The translations under genes were made by a program, and so were the position numbers. Shown here piece by piece: positions 53,389 through 63,196 of a stretch of 64,000 bases of DNA. Origin of the DNA: a virus. Lineage: Duplodnaviria > Caudoviricetes. Every line of letters begins with the position of its first letter. Within the stretch, counting starts at the first letter, position 1. Below the pieces are notes generated by a model that was not told the DNA's origin, searched no databases, and saw only the letters and a list, made by a program, of their open reading frames with translations. The stretch covers positions 64,001-128,000 of IMG/VR virus record IMGVR_UViG_3300014204_013734; one strand, written 5' to 3'.

Positions 53389-54645
53389 ATGGCAAAGAAA
53401 GCTGACGTTAAGAAAGACACCCGTCCGGCCAACGCCCTGACGGAATCCGTTTCTCTTCTGGAAAAAATATTCAGTTCCAAGAAAATGTCGAATCCGTTCG
53501 TGACTTTGAACGAAGACGACTTTACAACATCGCTTCCACATATCCCTACCGGGTCCATCACGATTGATTACTTGATGGGTGGGAAGCTGAATCGTTACGG
53601 GGTTCCTCCCTGCCCTGGGTTTCCTAAAGGGCGTGTCGTCAATCTCTATGGCCAAGAATCGTCTGGTAAGACGACACTGGCCTTGACGGTTGCTGCTAAT
53701 GTTATCGCCATGGGCGGTACGGTGGCTTACATTGACTTTGAAAATGCAATTGTGCCCAGCTACGCCAAGACGCTTGGGGTTCCCATCGAAGACAAACATC
53801 ATTTCATGCTCATGCAACCTGAAACTTTGGAACAGGGAATTACGATTCTCTACGCCTGTGCCATTCGGGGTGTGGACCTTATCGTAATTGATTCCGTGGG
53901 TGCAGGTATTCCGAAAGCGGTCATGGAGCAAGGTCTTGATGAAAAGGGCAGTTCGGGTCGTGTTGGGGCATTGGCCCAAATGTGGTCCAATATCCTGCCT
54001 CAGATACGAACCCGGATCATGAAATCCGGGTCTTGTGTGGTTGGGATCAGTCAGCTTCGAAAGACCATCAATACGTCTGGTTATGGGGATGCTTCCGGGA
54101 CTACTACCCAGGGGGGAGAAGCTTGGAAGTTCTATTCCGATATTCGTTTCGGTCTCAGGAGAATCAAGACCGAAAAGAATAAGGAATTTGATGCCCTGTC
54201 TCATTCTTCCAAAGATGAAATTTCAACCGGAACGAAGATCAAGGCCAAGGCCGATAAGTGTAAGGTTTCGGCCATGCAAGGTCGTGAGGTTGAGTTTTAT
54301 ATCCGCTTTGGGGAAGGGATTGACGATCTTCGTTCTGTCGTGGAATTCGCGGAAAAGGTTGGCATCGTTCACCGTGATTCTGGGAGTTCTTGGTATTCTT
54401 GGGAACGTCCCGACGGGGAAGTCCTGAAAATCCAAGGGATGGAAAAGTTCAAGGAAGCTGTGCGGTCTACCCCCAACGGTATTGAAGAATTGCGCCGGGT
54501 CACAAAAGAACGTTTGTATGCGTCTGATATCCCCTTGGTGGCGGAAGACGACAAGACGGAAGAGGAAGAACTCTTGGACATTGAAAGCATTCTTTCTGCT
54601 GGTAGCGTTAAACCTGCGGAAACTTCAGAAGAAGCAGGTTCTTGA
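53389..54645 (+). CDS. recA: RecA recombinase
   Basis: IPTGSITID, GQESSGKTT, YIDFEN, IVIDSV, ISQLR, GGEAWKFYSDIR. Confidence 0.95.
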   Translation: MAKKADVKKDTRPANALTESVSLLEKIFSSKKMSNPFVTLNEDDFTTSLPHIPTGSITIDYLMGGKLNRYGVPPCPGFPKGRVVNLYGQESSGKTTLALTVAANVIAMGGTVAYIDFENAIVPSYAKTLGVPIEDKHHFMLMQPETLEQGITILYACAIRGVDLIVIDSVGAGIPKAVMEQGLDEKGSSGRVGALAQMWSNILPQIRTRIMKSGSCVVGISQLRKTINTSGYGDASGTTTQGGEAWKFYSDIRFGLRRIKTEKNKEFDALSHSSKDEISTGTKIKAKADKCKVSAMQGREVEFYIRFGEGIDDLRSVVEFAEKVGIVHRDSGSSWYSWERPDGEVLKIQGMEKFKEAVRSTPNGIEELRRVTKERLYASDIPLVAEDDKTEEEELLDIESILSAGSVKPAETSEEAGS

Positions 54646-55736
54646 TGCCGGTTCAAATCCGGGTTCGTGACTTCCAGTCCATCCACGATGCCACAATCAT
54701 CGTGGATGGACTGACGGTTGTCACCGGACCAAACAACGCTGGTAAATCAGCTCTTCAACGTGCGGTCCGCGCGGCATTTCAGAATGCCCGCGGATCGTCG
54801 TTTGTTCGTAGAGGGACTACAAAGTCTGTTGTTGATATTGATTTTTGTGATGGTCATTCCGTTCATTGGGAAAAAGGTTCCGGCAAAGATACAAAACCAA
54901 CTTATATTATTGATGGGGGTTCTCCGCTGCATCCGGGTCAGGGTGTTCCTGATGAATTGGGGGATCTTGGCGTTAAGTCCGTTGTGGCCGGCGGGAAGAC
55001 ATTGTGGCCACAGTTCGCACCCCAGTTTACAGGCCAGGTGTTTCTTCTTGATGAATCGGGAGCTGTGCTTGCGGAAGCGGTTGCAGACGTAGACCGGGTT
55101 GGACAGCTTAATCAGGCCTTACGGTTGGCAGAATCTGATAGGCGGGCAGGGATATCGGAAAGGAAAGTTCGGCATTCAGACGCCGAACGTTTAGAACAGG
55201 ATTTGCAGCGTTATGACGGGGTTGATGACCTTGGGGTCGTCTTGGACGGCTTGGAAAAGGACCAAAGTCAGGTAGTACGGATGACGGCGGCGATATCCGG
55301 GTTGGAAAAGCTGAAGTCCGATTATGATAGGTCAGTTTCCCTTGTGTCTTTGCTGTCCGGGGTTTTGACTGTAGAAGTGCCGAATGTGGGGGAACTTCAG
55401 GCACTTGGTGAGGGAATTGCAGTTTTATCCGCCTTGCACAGCAGATTTCAGAATGCAGATGTGCAGGTGAAACGATTGTCCGGTTTGGAGGATGTGGACA
55501 CCGTTGTTGATACAGAGTCAATCGTGAAGGTAGGTCTGGCACTTGATATTCTGGACGGGCTTGAAACCCGTTGGAAGGCGGCAACTGAAAGAGAACAGGC
55601 CGCAGAAAAAGAGGTCAGCCAATTGGTAAAGGAAGCTGAAGAGGTAGAACAATCGGTGGCGGCGTTCTTGGAAGAAATCGGAACCTGCCCTTATTGCGGG
55701 TCCTCAACGGCAAGCACAGGAGGTTCATTGTCATGA
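54645..55736 (+). CDS. SbcC/Rad50-like ATPase, N-terminal half
   Basis: VRDFQSI, GPNNAGKS, Q-loop, coiled coil; ends at the zinc hook CPYC. Confidence 0.8.
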   Translation: MPVQIRVRDFQSIHDATIIVDGLTVVTGPNNAGKSALQRAVRAAFQNARGSSFVRRGTTKSVVDIDFCDGHSVHWEKGSGKDTKPTYIIDGGSPLHPGQGVPDELGDLGVKSVVAGGKTLWPQFAPQFTGQVFLLDESGAVLAEAVADVDRVGQLNQALRLAESDRRAGISERKVRHSDAERLEQDLQRYDGVDDLGVVLDGLEKDQSQVVRMTAAISGLEKLKSDYDRSVSLVSLLSGVLTVEVPNVGELQALGEGIAVLSALHSRFQNADVQVKRLSGLEDVDTVVDTESIVKVGLALDILDGLETRWKAATEREQAAEKEVSQLVKEAEEVEQSVAAFLEEIGTCPYCGSSTASTGGSLS

Positions 55737-56344
55737 AAGCACAATCAGGTAAAGGGTCTTCAGTTCACCGTTGTGTTCAGACCGCTTTGTTGGTCATGAT
55801 CTTGGTTGTCTTGGTCATCCGGGGTTTCGGTTCCGCTGAAGAACCGGTTTTGAAACCCGCACCTATGACTGACCAGCAACAAGTGGATTTGGTTCTTGAA
55901 GCTATGCAAATCATGGCGGCAACGGAAAACCCAGGAAATTTGGATGCCTTATTGGCGCGTCGGGGCGTCAACCCCAGGGATTTGGCAAACAGCATTCTGG
56001 CTAATGCCAAGGAAGCAAAGATTGATCCGCTTCTTCTGGTCGTGATGGCCTGGATTGAAACCCGTTTCAACCCGAAGGCCGTCAGCGATTTTATTAACCG
56101 TCCACAAGAAGGGAAAAACTGTGGGCTTCTTCAAGTTCGTACAGATATTCCCGGTCGTCCGTCATGCGAAAAGATGATGAACGCAGATGAAAACTTGAAG
56201 TGGGCAACCGCACACCTCCAAGAATTGATTTCTGGGTGCGGGGGGGAATTGTGTTTGAAGAAGTACAACGCGGGCGACTATTCAGACCGCGTTTGGAGGA
56301 AACTGGACTGGTTGCAGAGGAAAATGCAGTGGCGGAAGGTTTAA
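55733..56344 (+). CDS. lytic transglycosylase (SLT) with N-terminal membrane anchor
   Basis: IDPLLLVVMAWIETRFNPKA, GLLQV, YNAG. Confidence 0.8.
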   Translation: MKAQSGKGSSVHRCVQTALLVMILVVLVIRGFGSAEEPVLKPAPMTDQQQVDLVLEAMQIMAATENPGNLDALLARRGVNPRDLANSILANAKEAKIDPLLLVVMAWIETRFNPKAVSDFINRPQEGKNCGLLQVRTDIPGRPSCEKMMNADENLKWATAHLQELISGCGGELCLKKYNAGDYSDRVWRKLDWLQRKMQWRKV

Positions 56345-57303
56345 TCTTAGTTTGGCGGACGGATGCTCATCTGTCCGATTTCGCCCCTGAATCCAGGGTA
56401 GACGACTGGGCCTTGGCCATCCTTGGTAAGCTCGCACAAGTCGGCGAGATAGCCAGGAAGGCCAAGGCTTCAGGCATCCTGGACGGGGGGGATCTGTTTC
56501 ACGTGAAGACGCCTTCACGTAACTCACACGGGTTGGTAGGGAGGGTTGCTGCTGTTCATGCAGCCAATCCTTGCCCGACATGGGCTACCATTGGGAACCA
56601 CGATGTCAAATACGGAAATTCTGAATTTCTGGAAGAAAACCCTTTGGGGGTGTTGTTTGAATCTGGGGTATTGAGACGTCTATACGGTCCCCACGAAGCA
56701 TTCTTTGAAAAGGGGGGTGTGACAGTCAGGGTCGTCGGCATTCCTTATCACGGGACTGAATATGACATGTCCAAGTTTTCCACTCTTCAGAAGGGGGCGG
56801 AAGATTATCTTGTGGTAGTAGCCCATTGCTTGGCCAGTCGTACCGGTAGATCAATGTACGAAAAGGAAGATGTCCTTAAGTATTCGGATCTTTTGGCATT
56901 TGCCCCTGATGTGTTTTGTTTCGGTCATTCCCACTCCAACCAAGGCATAGAAGAAATAGCTCCGGGTAAGTGGATCATCAACACAGGCAGTTTGTCCAGA
57001 GGAGCCTTGAATCAGGATGATATAAATCGTGTTCCTTCTTGTGTTGTTTTGAAGTTCACAAAAACCGAAATCAAGGTAGTCCCAATCCCGTTGAAAGTAG
57101 CCCCTGCGTCGGAAGTATTCAACTTAGAAGGACATCAGCGTTCCTTGGAACAGGATATTTCCATGGAACAGTTTGTTGATTCTCTGAAAGAGGTTCTGTC
57201 GGATAGGAGTAAGGGTTCTGTCCTTGAATCGGTTCGGGATATGCCTGGTATTGATGACGAAGTCAGGGAACGGGCGGTGCATTATCTGGAAAGGTCCTTG
57301 TGA
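56329..57303 (+). CDS. SbcD/Mre11-like metallophosphoesterase
   Basis: TDAH, GGDLFH, GNHD, AH, GHSH, NTGSL. Confidence 0.85.
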   Translation: MAEGLILVWRTDAHLSDFAPESRVDDWALAILGKLAQVGEIARKAKASGILDGGDLFHVKTPSRNSHGLVGRVAAVHAANPCPTWATIGNHDVKYGNSEFLEENPLGVLFESGVLRRLYGPHEAFFEKGGVTVRVVGIPYHGTEYDMSKFSTLQKGAEDYLVVVAHCLASRTGRSMYEKEDVLKYSDLLAFAPDVFCFGHSHSNQGIEEIAPGKWIINTGSLSRGALNQDDINRVPSCVVLKFTKTEIKVVPIPLKVAPASEVFNLEGHQRSLEQDISMEQFVDSLKEVLSDRSKGSVLESVRDMPGIDDEVRERAVHYLERSL

Positions 57304-57830
57304 TGATTCAGGAACCGAAGTTGTCGATTGAATTGGTTCCAAAAACAACTTGGGGCAGGAATCTTCGGCAGCTTCTTTCAACTTCCAATTGGGACATTTT
57401 GAGGAAACGGCAGTATGTCTTGGCTGGTGGTGTGTGCGAAATCTGCGGGGAATCGGGCAAGGATCAGGGATTCAGGGAAGCTCTTCACTGCCATGAAGTT
57501 TGGGATTATGATGAACCAAACGGAATTCAAAGACTTGTCCGGGTCATTGCACTTTGTCCTTTGTGCCATGACGTGAAGCATTTCGGGTTTGCTACCGCCT
57601 GGAAAGGTCCCGAAGCAGCGAAACGGGCATTTGCCCATCTTTTGAAAGTTAACGGTTGGACTAAGGCACAAGGGGAAGCCCATATAGGGGAAATGTTCAA
57701 GCGGTTTGTTTTCAGGTCCGGCCAGGAATGGATCCTTGATGTCAGTTGGCTTGAACAATCGGGCATCCGTCTTTCCAAAGTGAAATCTAAAAAGCAGGGT
57801 AAGAAACGTGGGGAAGCAGGAAGAAGGTAA
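57300..57830 (+). CDS. HNH-like endonuclease
   Basis: CEICG...LHCHEVW...LCPLCHDVKH. Confidence 0.7.
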   Translation: MMIQEPKLSIELVPKTTWGRNLRQLLSTSNWDILRKRQYVLAGGVCEICGESGKDQGFREALHCHEVWDYDEPNGIQRLVRVIALCPLCHDVKHFGFATAWKGPEAAKRAFAHLLKVNGWTKAQGEAHIGEMFKRFVFRSGQEWILDVSWLEQSGIRLSKVKSKKQGKKRGEAGRR

Positions 57831-57890
57831 ACGGGTGAAGCGAACCTTGGGGTATTATGTTTTGGTTTCGGTCTTTGCAGCGAGGTTAGA

Positions 57891-58877
57891 ATGCCTAAAA
57901 AAGAATTCACGTTGTACTGGTCAAGCTTTGATTCTTACGAAAAATGTCCACAGCAATTCCTTTGGAACAAAGGATGGGGGATGATTGATGTTGGTGGAGG
58001 TATGGGTCGGCCCAAACCGAAGCCTCTCAAGAAATCCGAACACCATGCGGTTATGGGGACTGTAATACAGGCTGTCATTGAACGGTTTTATAACGACGAG
58101 CTATGGAATGCCATGGCCCCGTTGATGTTGAGAGACCGTTTAATGGAATTGGCGGACGAGCATATGAAGTTGGAACTGGCTCGCCGATTTGTTGATTGGC
58201 GTTTAGCTGGAATGACCCCCGAGGAGATGAAGCAAGGGATCAAAGACGGCATTATGGGTTATATGCGGACGATGAAACAGCACAGATTTCTTGGTCCTTA
58301 TGCCAAGGCCGAAGTGGATCTTGTCGCTTACGTCAATAACTGGACCCCCATTGGCGGCCGTGCTGATGTGATTTTCCGTCGGGACGACACTGGAACTACT
58401 ATTCTTGACGGCAAGAATTCCCGTCGGTACAAGGACGGGAAGGGTGGTCTTATGACCTACACGGATCCAGACCAGCTTCGGTGGTATGCCCTCTGTTTTT
58501 ATCTTGCCTACAACAAAAATCCAGATCGTTTGGGTTTCGTTTATTATCGCTATCCGTTCGGAAATCCAGTTCTTGATGGGGACGGTAATCCGACCGGGGA
58601 GACTGAACCCGGTGTAGATTGGGTTCCTTTTACTAGGGATGATCTTAAGGGTTTGGCTGAACGGGCTGTAGAGGCCCGGAAGGGAATGGACAGAGAAAAA
58701 TTCCCGGCTACTCCGAATTACAAGATCTGTCGTTTTTGCGATTACGAATCAGTGTGTCCGGAACGTCAGACACAGAGGGACCAGAATCGCAGAGCCCCAA
58801 AAAACGTAGATACTCTTTTGGATGGCATCTCTGGAATCGTTGAATTTACCATGGACAACGAAAATCCGGGTAAGTAG
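57891..58877 (+). CDS. PD-(D/E)XK nuclease (RecB/Cas4-like, Cys cluster)
   Basis: CP, GRADV...ILDGK, QLRWY, CRFCDYESVC. Confidence 0.8.
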   Translation: MPKKEFTLYWSSFDSYEKCPQQFLWNKGWGMIDVGGGMGRPKPKPLKKSEHHAVMGTVIQAVIERFYNDELWNAMAPLMLRDRLMELADEHMKLELARRFVDWRLAGMTPEEMKQGIKDGIMGYMRTMKQHRFLGPYAKAEVDLVAYVNNWTPIGGRADVIFRRDDTGTTILDGKNSRRYKDGKGGLMTYTDPDQLRWYALCFYLAYNKNPDRLGFVYYRYPFGNPVLDGDGNPTGETEPGVDWVPFTRDDLKGLAERAVEARKGMDREKFPATPNYKICRFCDYESVCPERQTQRDQNRRAPKNVDTLLDGISGIVEFTMDNENPGK

Positions 58878-58908
58878 AAACGAACGTCCTACAGGGAGCG
58901 TTGAACGA

Positions 58909-59184
58909 ATGTCTTTGGAAGAAAACAAAAAGAAGTTGGACGACCTGACAAAACGTCGGGATACTTGTAAGGCGAAAATGGAACGGGCGAAGGGACGGTT
59001 GGACAGTGCACGTCGGGAATTGGATTCCGTCGTTGCTGAGTGTCGAAAGAAAGGAGTTGAACCCGATCAGATTCCTGATGCCTTGTCCAAACTCCAGGAC
59101 AAGTTTGCCTCTTTGGTTGTGGATTTGGAACGGCGTGTTGAAGATGCCGAAAGATCTATCATCCCCTATTTGGAGGAAAAGTAA
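58909..59184 (+). CDS. small coiled-coil protein
   Basis: 91 aa, two heptad helices around GVEPDQ. Confidence 0.7.
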   Translation: MSLEENKKKLDDLTKRRDTCKAKMERAKGRLDSARRELDSVVAECRKKGVEPDQIPDALSKLQDKFASLVVDLERRVEDAERSIIPYLEEK

Positions 59185-59185
59185 G

Positions 59186-60385
59186 ATGAAGTTTACGGTT
59201 GCGAAGAAGGACTTGTCTTCGGCTTTGGAAGTCGTGACGCCTGCTATGGCCAATACGGGGGACATGACTGCCCATTACTTGTTCCGCAAAGCTGCAGAGG
59301 CTGATCGGATGGAAGTCCTAACCCATTCCGGGAGGATTGTGGCTCTGTGCCCATTTATTGCTCGGGTGGAAGATGTTTCGTCTGAAGAAGCCTTCCAATT
59401 TACCATTGAGGGGTGGCGACTCCGCACGTGGTTGGAATCCAAACCGGATTCCGCTTTGATGTTTAGCTTTGATCCGGTTACCAAGCAGGTTTCTGCTGAA
59501 GCCTCTGGTCAGAGTTCGCATTCCGCCGCAATCTTTGATTCTTTGGACCCTGCCAATTGGATTTGTTGGGACAAGACGTACAAAGAAGCAAAAGAAGTGT
59601 CCTTGATTTCGGCTGCACGACTCCACCATGCTTTGGGCCATGCCAAGAGCTTTGCATCGGTTCAAGAGAGCCAGGCGCCAGAAATCTGCGTGTGTGTGAT
59701 TCAAGACGGAATCATGAAATCAACGGACAAGGTGTCCGCAACTTTCCTTAAGGTCCAAGGACTTGAAAATTCCACGTTGAAAGTTCATGTCCGGGACGTT
59801 GCAGGGCTTTTGTCTTTCTTGGCCTTGCTGAAGGAAGAAGATGTTGGGATTATGGAACATCCTCGCATGATGTTTTTCCGTCGTCAGGATGGGGCGGTTT
59901 ACGGGGAAAGTCGTTTTACGGCGGCATTCCCAAGTTTCAAATGCCCTCCTGAAACGGATGCTTATTCGTGGACGTTTGATGTGGACGCTTTGCGAAAAGG
60001 CACGAAGCATCTTTTTGCCAGTGCAAAGAAAGATGATGTGAGGGTTAGGTTTCAGCGTCCCGACTTGGATGGACCGGTTATTATGTCCATGCCGGTCGCC
60101 GACAAGCCGGTCTTGACGTCCGTCAAGCTTGATGTTGTAGAAGGTGAGTCTTCTGCTGACGCACCTGCTCTTCCGGCAGAAGGTTTCCAAGTTTCGTGTC
60201 CTCGAATGTTGGACATCATCAATTTGCAGAAGGCGGATACCATTCGGTTGGGGGTCAACCTTCGTGTTGACAATGGGGAAGTTCTGGGCGGATACCTTCG
60301 CTTCCGGGATATTCGTTTTTCCGATAAGGACGGCAACGGGGGTGACGAATACATCACCGTGCTGGTGTTCTTGGAAAACACTTGA
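59186..60385 (+). CDS. DNA polymerase III beta-clamp-like protein
   Basis: MKFTVAKKDLSSALEVV N-terminus, STD motif, AFP; about 400 aa; context with holA/holB/dnaX. Confidence 0.6.
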   Translation: MKFTVAKKDLSSALEVVTPAMANTGDMTAHYLFRKAAEADRMEVLTHSGRIVALCPFIARVEDVSSEEAFQFTIEGWRLRTWLESKPDSALMFSFDPVTKQVSAEASGQSSHSAAIFDSLDPANWICWDKTYKEAKEVSLISAARLHHALGHAKSFASVQESQAPEICVCVIQDGIMKSTDKVSATFLKVQGLENSTLKVHVRDVAGLLSFLALLKEEDVGIMEHPRMMFFRRQDGAVYGESRFTAAFPSFKCPPETDAYSWTFDVDALRKGTKHLFASAKKDDVRVRFQRPDLDGPVIMSMPVADKPVLTSVKLDVVEGESSADAPALPAEGFQVSCPRMLDIINLQKADTIRLGVNLRVDNGEVLGGYLRFRDIRFSDKDGNGGDEYITVLVFLENT

Positions 60386-61041
60386 TGTCAACGGAATCCA
60401 TCAGCAGCCGAATCGTGTCGTTGCGTTCACGGTTTGACAGGGTCTTGGGAAAGCGGGATGGTTTGAAGTCCAGTCTTTCCCGGACCCTTGCTGATGTCCG
60501 TCGGTTGGAAGCGGAAGAAGTTCTTCTTGAAAAAGTCGCTGAATTATTCAGGCAAATTCTTGACCAGGAAGTTACCGTTGGAGTGCAGGCTGTGGAAAGG
60601 CTCCAGACGGAAGGACTTCGGGCCGTGTTTGAAGGTCAAGATTTGCAGGTCAAAGCGTCCGTAGAAGTGTCAAGGGGAAAGGTGTCTGTTGATCTTGTTA
60701 CCGTCCAAAAACAGGATGATGGATCGGAAATTGAAGGTTTGTGTAACGATTCTTTCGGTGGGGCCGTAACCACGGTCCAATCCGTCCTTCTTAGGATCAT
60801 TCTCATTATTCGTCGGGGACTTCGTCCAATTCTGTTTCTGGACGAGACACTTCCTGCCTTGGACGATAACCACACCATCAATACTGGTAGATTTCTTTCC
60901 ACGTTGTGTAAGCGTCTTGGAGTTGATGTACTGCTTGTCACACACAATCCTGTTTTGGTGGAAGCAGCGGATAAGGCCTACCGGATCGTTAGAAAAGATG
61001 GAATTGCGACCTTTGAACAGGTTGGGAAGGGTAAGTCATGA
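60385..61041 (+). CDS. SbcC/Rad50-like ATPase, C-terminal half
   Basis: Coiled coil, signature SFGG, Walker B/D-loop ILFLDETLPALD, H-loop LLVTH, AADKAY. Confidence 0.8.
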   Translation: MSTESISSRIVSLRSRFDRVLGKRDGLKSSLSRTLADVRRLEAEEVLLEKVAELFRQILDQEVTVGVQAVERLQTEGLRAVFEGQDLQVKASVEVSRGKVSVDLVTVQKQDDGSEIEGLCNDSFGGAVTTVQSVLLRIILIIRRGLRPILFLDETLPALDDNHTINTGRFLSTLCKRLGVDVLLVTHNPVLVEAADKAYRIVRKDGIATFEQVGKGKS

Positions 61042-61451
61042 AAACGGAAGGGCAAGTGCGTCAGCAATTGAAGCAAGTGCTTTTCCGCCATCTTCAGCGG
61101 AAACTCAAGGGGATTTTCAGGAAGATCCCGGAAACTTGCGTCCATAACGAAACCATGGGCAAGGTTTGTTTTTGCGGCTTGAACAGCTTTGATCAAAAAT
61201 CCATTGTGGTTTGTGATAGTTCTGTTACGGGATGTATTGAAAAAGCGAAATCCTGTCCTGCATGGAAAGCACGTCGCACCAAGATAGAAATAAAAGAAGA
61301 GTTTAGAACCCTGGTAGCGGGTAATTTCGGTCGTATTGCCATTGAATATCCTGATGTGGCGGCTCTTTTGTGGGTGCTTGGTTCAGAAGGGTTGGAACAT
61401 GATTTGGACGAAGTAGTTGGAAGCCACTCAGATCAGGATGTCACGCCATGA
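61038..61451 (+). CDS. Cys-rich hypothetical protein
   Basis: ATGA overlap. Confidence 0.65.
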   Translation: MKTEGQVRQQLKQVLFRHLQRKLKGIFRKIPETCVHNETMGKVCFCGLNSFDQKSIVVCDSSVTGCIEKAKSCPAWKARRTKIEIKEEFRTLVAGNFGRIAIEYPDVAALLWVLGSEGLEHDLDEVVGSHSDQDVTP

Positions 61452-62005
61452 GTAATTTGTTGGAAGTAGTACGATTCCGTGATTCAGGTAAGATGCCACT
61501 TCTGATTGACGATATTTTGGTCAATCCTGAAACGGCTCCTTATTTGGTGTCGTCAACCCAGGGTTTGGTGTGGGTAGAAAAGGCAGGGACCGGGAATAAG
61601 ATTCGGGCTGCCGTCAACCACGATAAAATTCCTCCTGGGCATCTGTTTTTTTCCGTAATTCAGGAAGTCGCCGCCAGAAGCCGTTCCGATAGTTGGGGAA
61701 GTGTGCGGCCATTCACACGGGAAGGTTTGAAGGAAGCCGTAGCATATCTTAATTTTTACGAATTGTTGGATTTTGAATTGCTTGTTTCCAGTTGGTCAAA
61801 AGATGAAAATTCAGGTTTTGGTTTGGGAGAAGATTCGTTGGATATCCCTGTTTGTTCGTGTTCGTGGCTTCCAAAGGGATGGGCTGTTTTGGTTCCTCGG
61901 GATAGGTCTTTTGTCGGAACCTTGGGGCATTTATCCAACTACAGGACCATTGTCATTGTACATAACGCGAGCCGCGGTATTGCAATTCTTAACAATGGGG
62001 ATTGA
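61448..62005 (+). CDS. hypothetical protein
   Basis: ATGA overlap. Confidence 0.65.
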   Translation: MSNLLEVVRFRDSGKMPLLIDDILVNPETAPYLVSSTQGLVWVEKAGTGNKIRAAVNHDKIPPGHLFFSVIQEVAARSRSDSWGSVRPFTREGLKEAVAYLNFYELLDFELLVSSWSKDENSGFGLGEDSLDIPVCSCSWLPKGWAVLVPRDRSFVGTLGHLSNYRTIVIVHNASRGIAILNNGD

Positions 62006-62007
62006 TT

Positions 62008-62715
62008 ATGGGTTGGCTTTCAGAAGCAGTAGCAAAATGTGCCCTGACATCTGACATGGAGGAATACTTGTATGGGCGAGGCGCCCAGGAAGCTACCATA
62101 TTGGATGAAGGTTGTGTGACGTGGCACAGATTGGAAGAACCGTCCCCGGACCCGGTGTTTGCGAAACGGTACGGTAACTTTGGGGAACGTTTGGAAGGAT
62201 TTTTGGTTATTCCCGTCCGATCTCCGAAGGGATCCTTTATCGGGATGGAAGCTCGTAACATATCAGTGAAGTACCTTTCAGATTGGCGGGAAGTTGAAGC
62301 TGAATGGAACCCATTCATGATCGGGACCAGGCGGGCTGTTGAAAAACTGTGGGCTGGTGGGGATGCCTGGATTGTGGAAGGGTTTTTTGACAAGTGCCCT
62401 TTGGAATGGGTCGTCCCTTCTGGAGATGCCGTTTTGGCGACAGTAACTGCTAAACTGGCTATTCGACACGTTGAATTTCTCCGCAGACATTGTCGGGGTT
62501 GGGTTCATATGGTCTACGACCGAGACGAAGCAGGTAGACGTGGGTCAGAGGGATATGCGGATTCAAGCAACAAGCGGCATTGGGGGGCATTGGATGCCCT
62601 CCGCCGGGTAGGATTGAAGTGTCGGGATGTCCCCTATTCCGGGGGAAAGGATCCTGGTGAGCTTTGGGATCGGGGAGGCGTACAAGCGTTGAAAGCGGCT
62701 TTCCCCACTATTTGA
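62008..62715 (+). CDS. DnaG-like primase catalytic/Toprim domain (no zinc-binding domain)
   Basis: YLYGRG, LVIPVR, IVEGFFD, YDRDEAG, GKDPGE. Confidence 0.8.
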   Translation: MGWLSEAVAKCALTSDMEEYLYGRGAQEATILDEGCVTWHRLEEPSPDPVFAKRYGNFGERLEGFLVIPVRSPKGSFIGMEARNISVKYLSDWREVEAEWNPFMIGTRRAVEKLWAGGDAWIVEGFFDKCPLEWVVPSGDAVLATVTAKLAIRHVEFLRRHCRGWVHMVYDRDEAGRRGSEGYADSSNKRHWGALDALRRVGLKCRDVPYSGGKDPGELWDRGGVQALKAAFPTI

Positions 62716-62732
62716 CAAAGGAGGTTCTTGTC

Positions 62733-63179
62733 ATGGCTGAACTGTTTAAGGCAAACGATACGATCATGGCTACCGTTAAGGATCTGGTGGCTAAGTATCA
62801 TCCCAATTTGATTGGGATAGTTGACGAAATTGCTGTTGTTTTCAAGGAAAAGGCATCGCAAGTCGGTGACGTTGTGGTCATCGGTAAGACGGCCAAGGCA
62901 TCACCCCTGTTCAACATCCTTGGAGATGTTCCTTGGAAGTTCATCATCACCCTTGCCAGCGATGAATTCAACGCCATGACCGAAACGGAACGTGTGGCTT
63001 TGCTGGATCATCACCTCTGTGCTTGCGGCGTAGAAGAAGATGAACAGCAGAATCTGAAGACTTTCGTTAAGATTCCTGACGTGAGCTTCTTCAAGGAGGA
63101 AGTGGAACGTCATGGATTCTGGAGGACGACCGGAAGTAAGGCGAAGCCGGAAGTGATCCAAGATTTGTTTGGGACGTGA
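62733..63179 (+). CDS. phage metallopeptidase-like protein
   Basis: FIITL...ALLDHHLCAC...PDV..F.EEVERHG (variant of the HELxH motif). Confidence 0.55.
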   Translation: MAELFKANDTIMATVKDLVAKYHPNLIGIVDEIAVVFKEKASQVGDVVVIGKTAKASPLFNILGDVPWKFIITLASDEFNAMTETERVALLDHHLCACGVEEDEQQNLKTFVKIPDVSFFKEEVERHGFWRTTGSKAKPEVIQDLFGT

Positions 63180-63196
63180 TACGAGGAGGCATTCCC

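Noticed and set aside
57891-58877. Cas4 implying a CRISPR-Cas locus
   Set aside because: There is no array or other cas gene; stand-alone Cas4/RecB-like nucleases are common in phage replication blocks.
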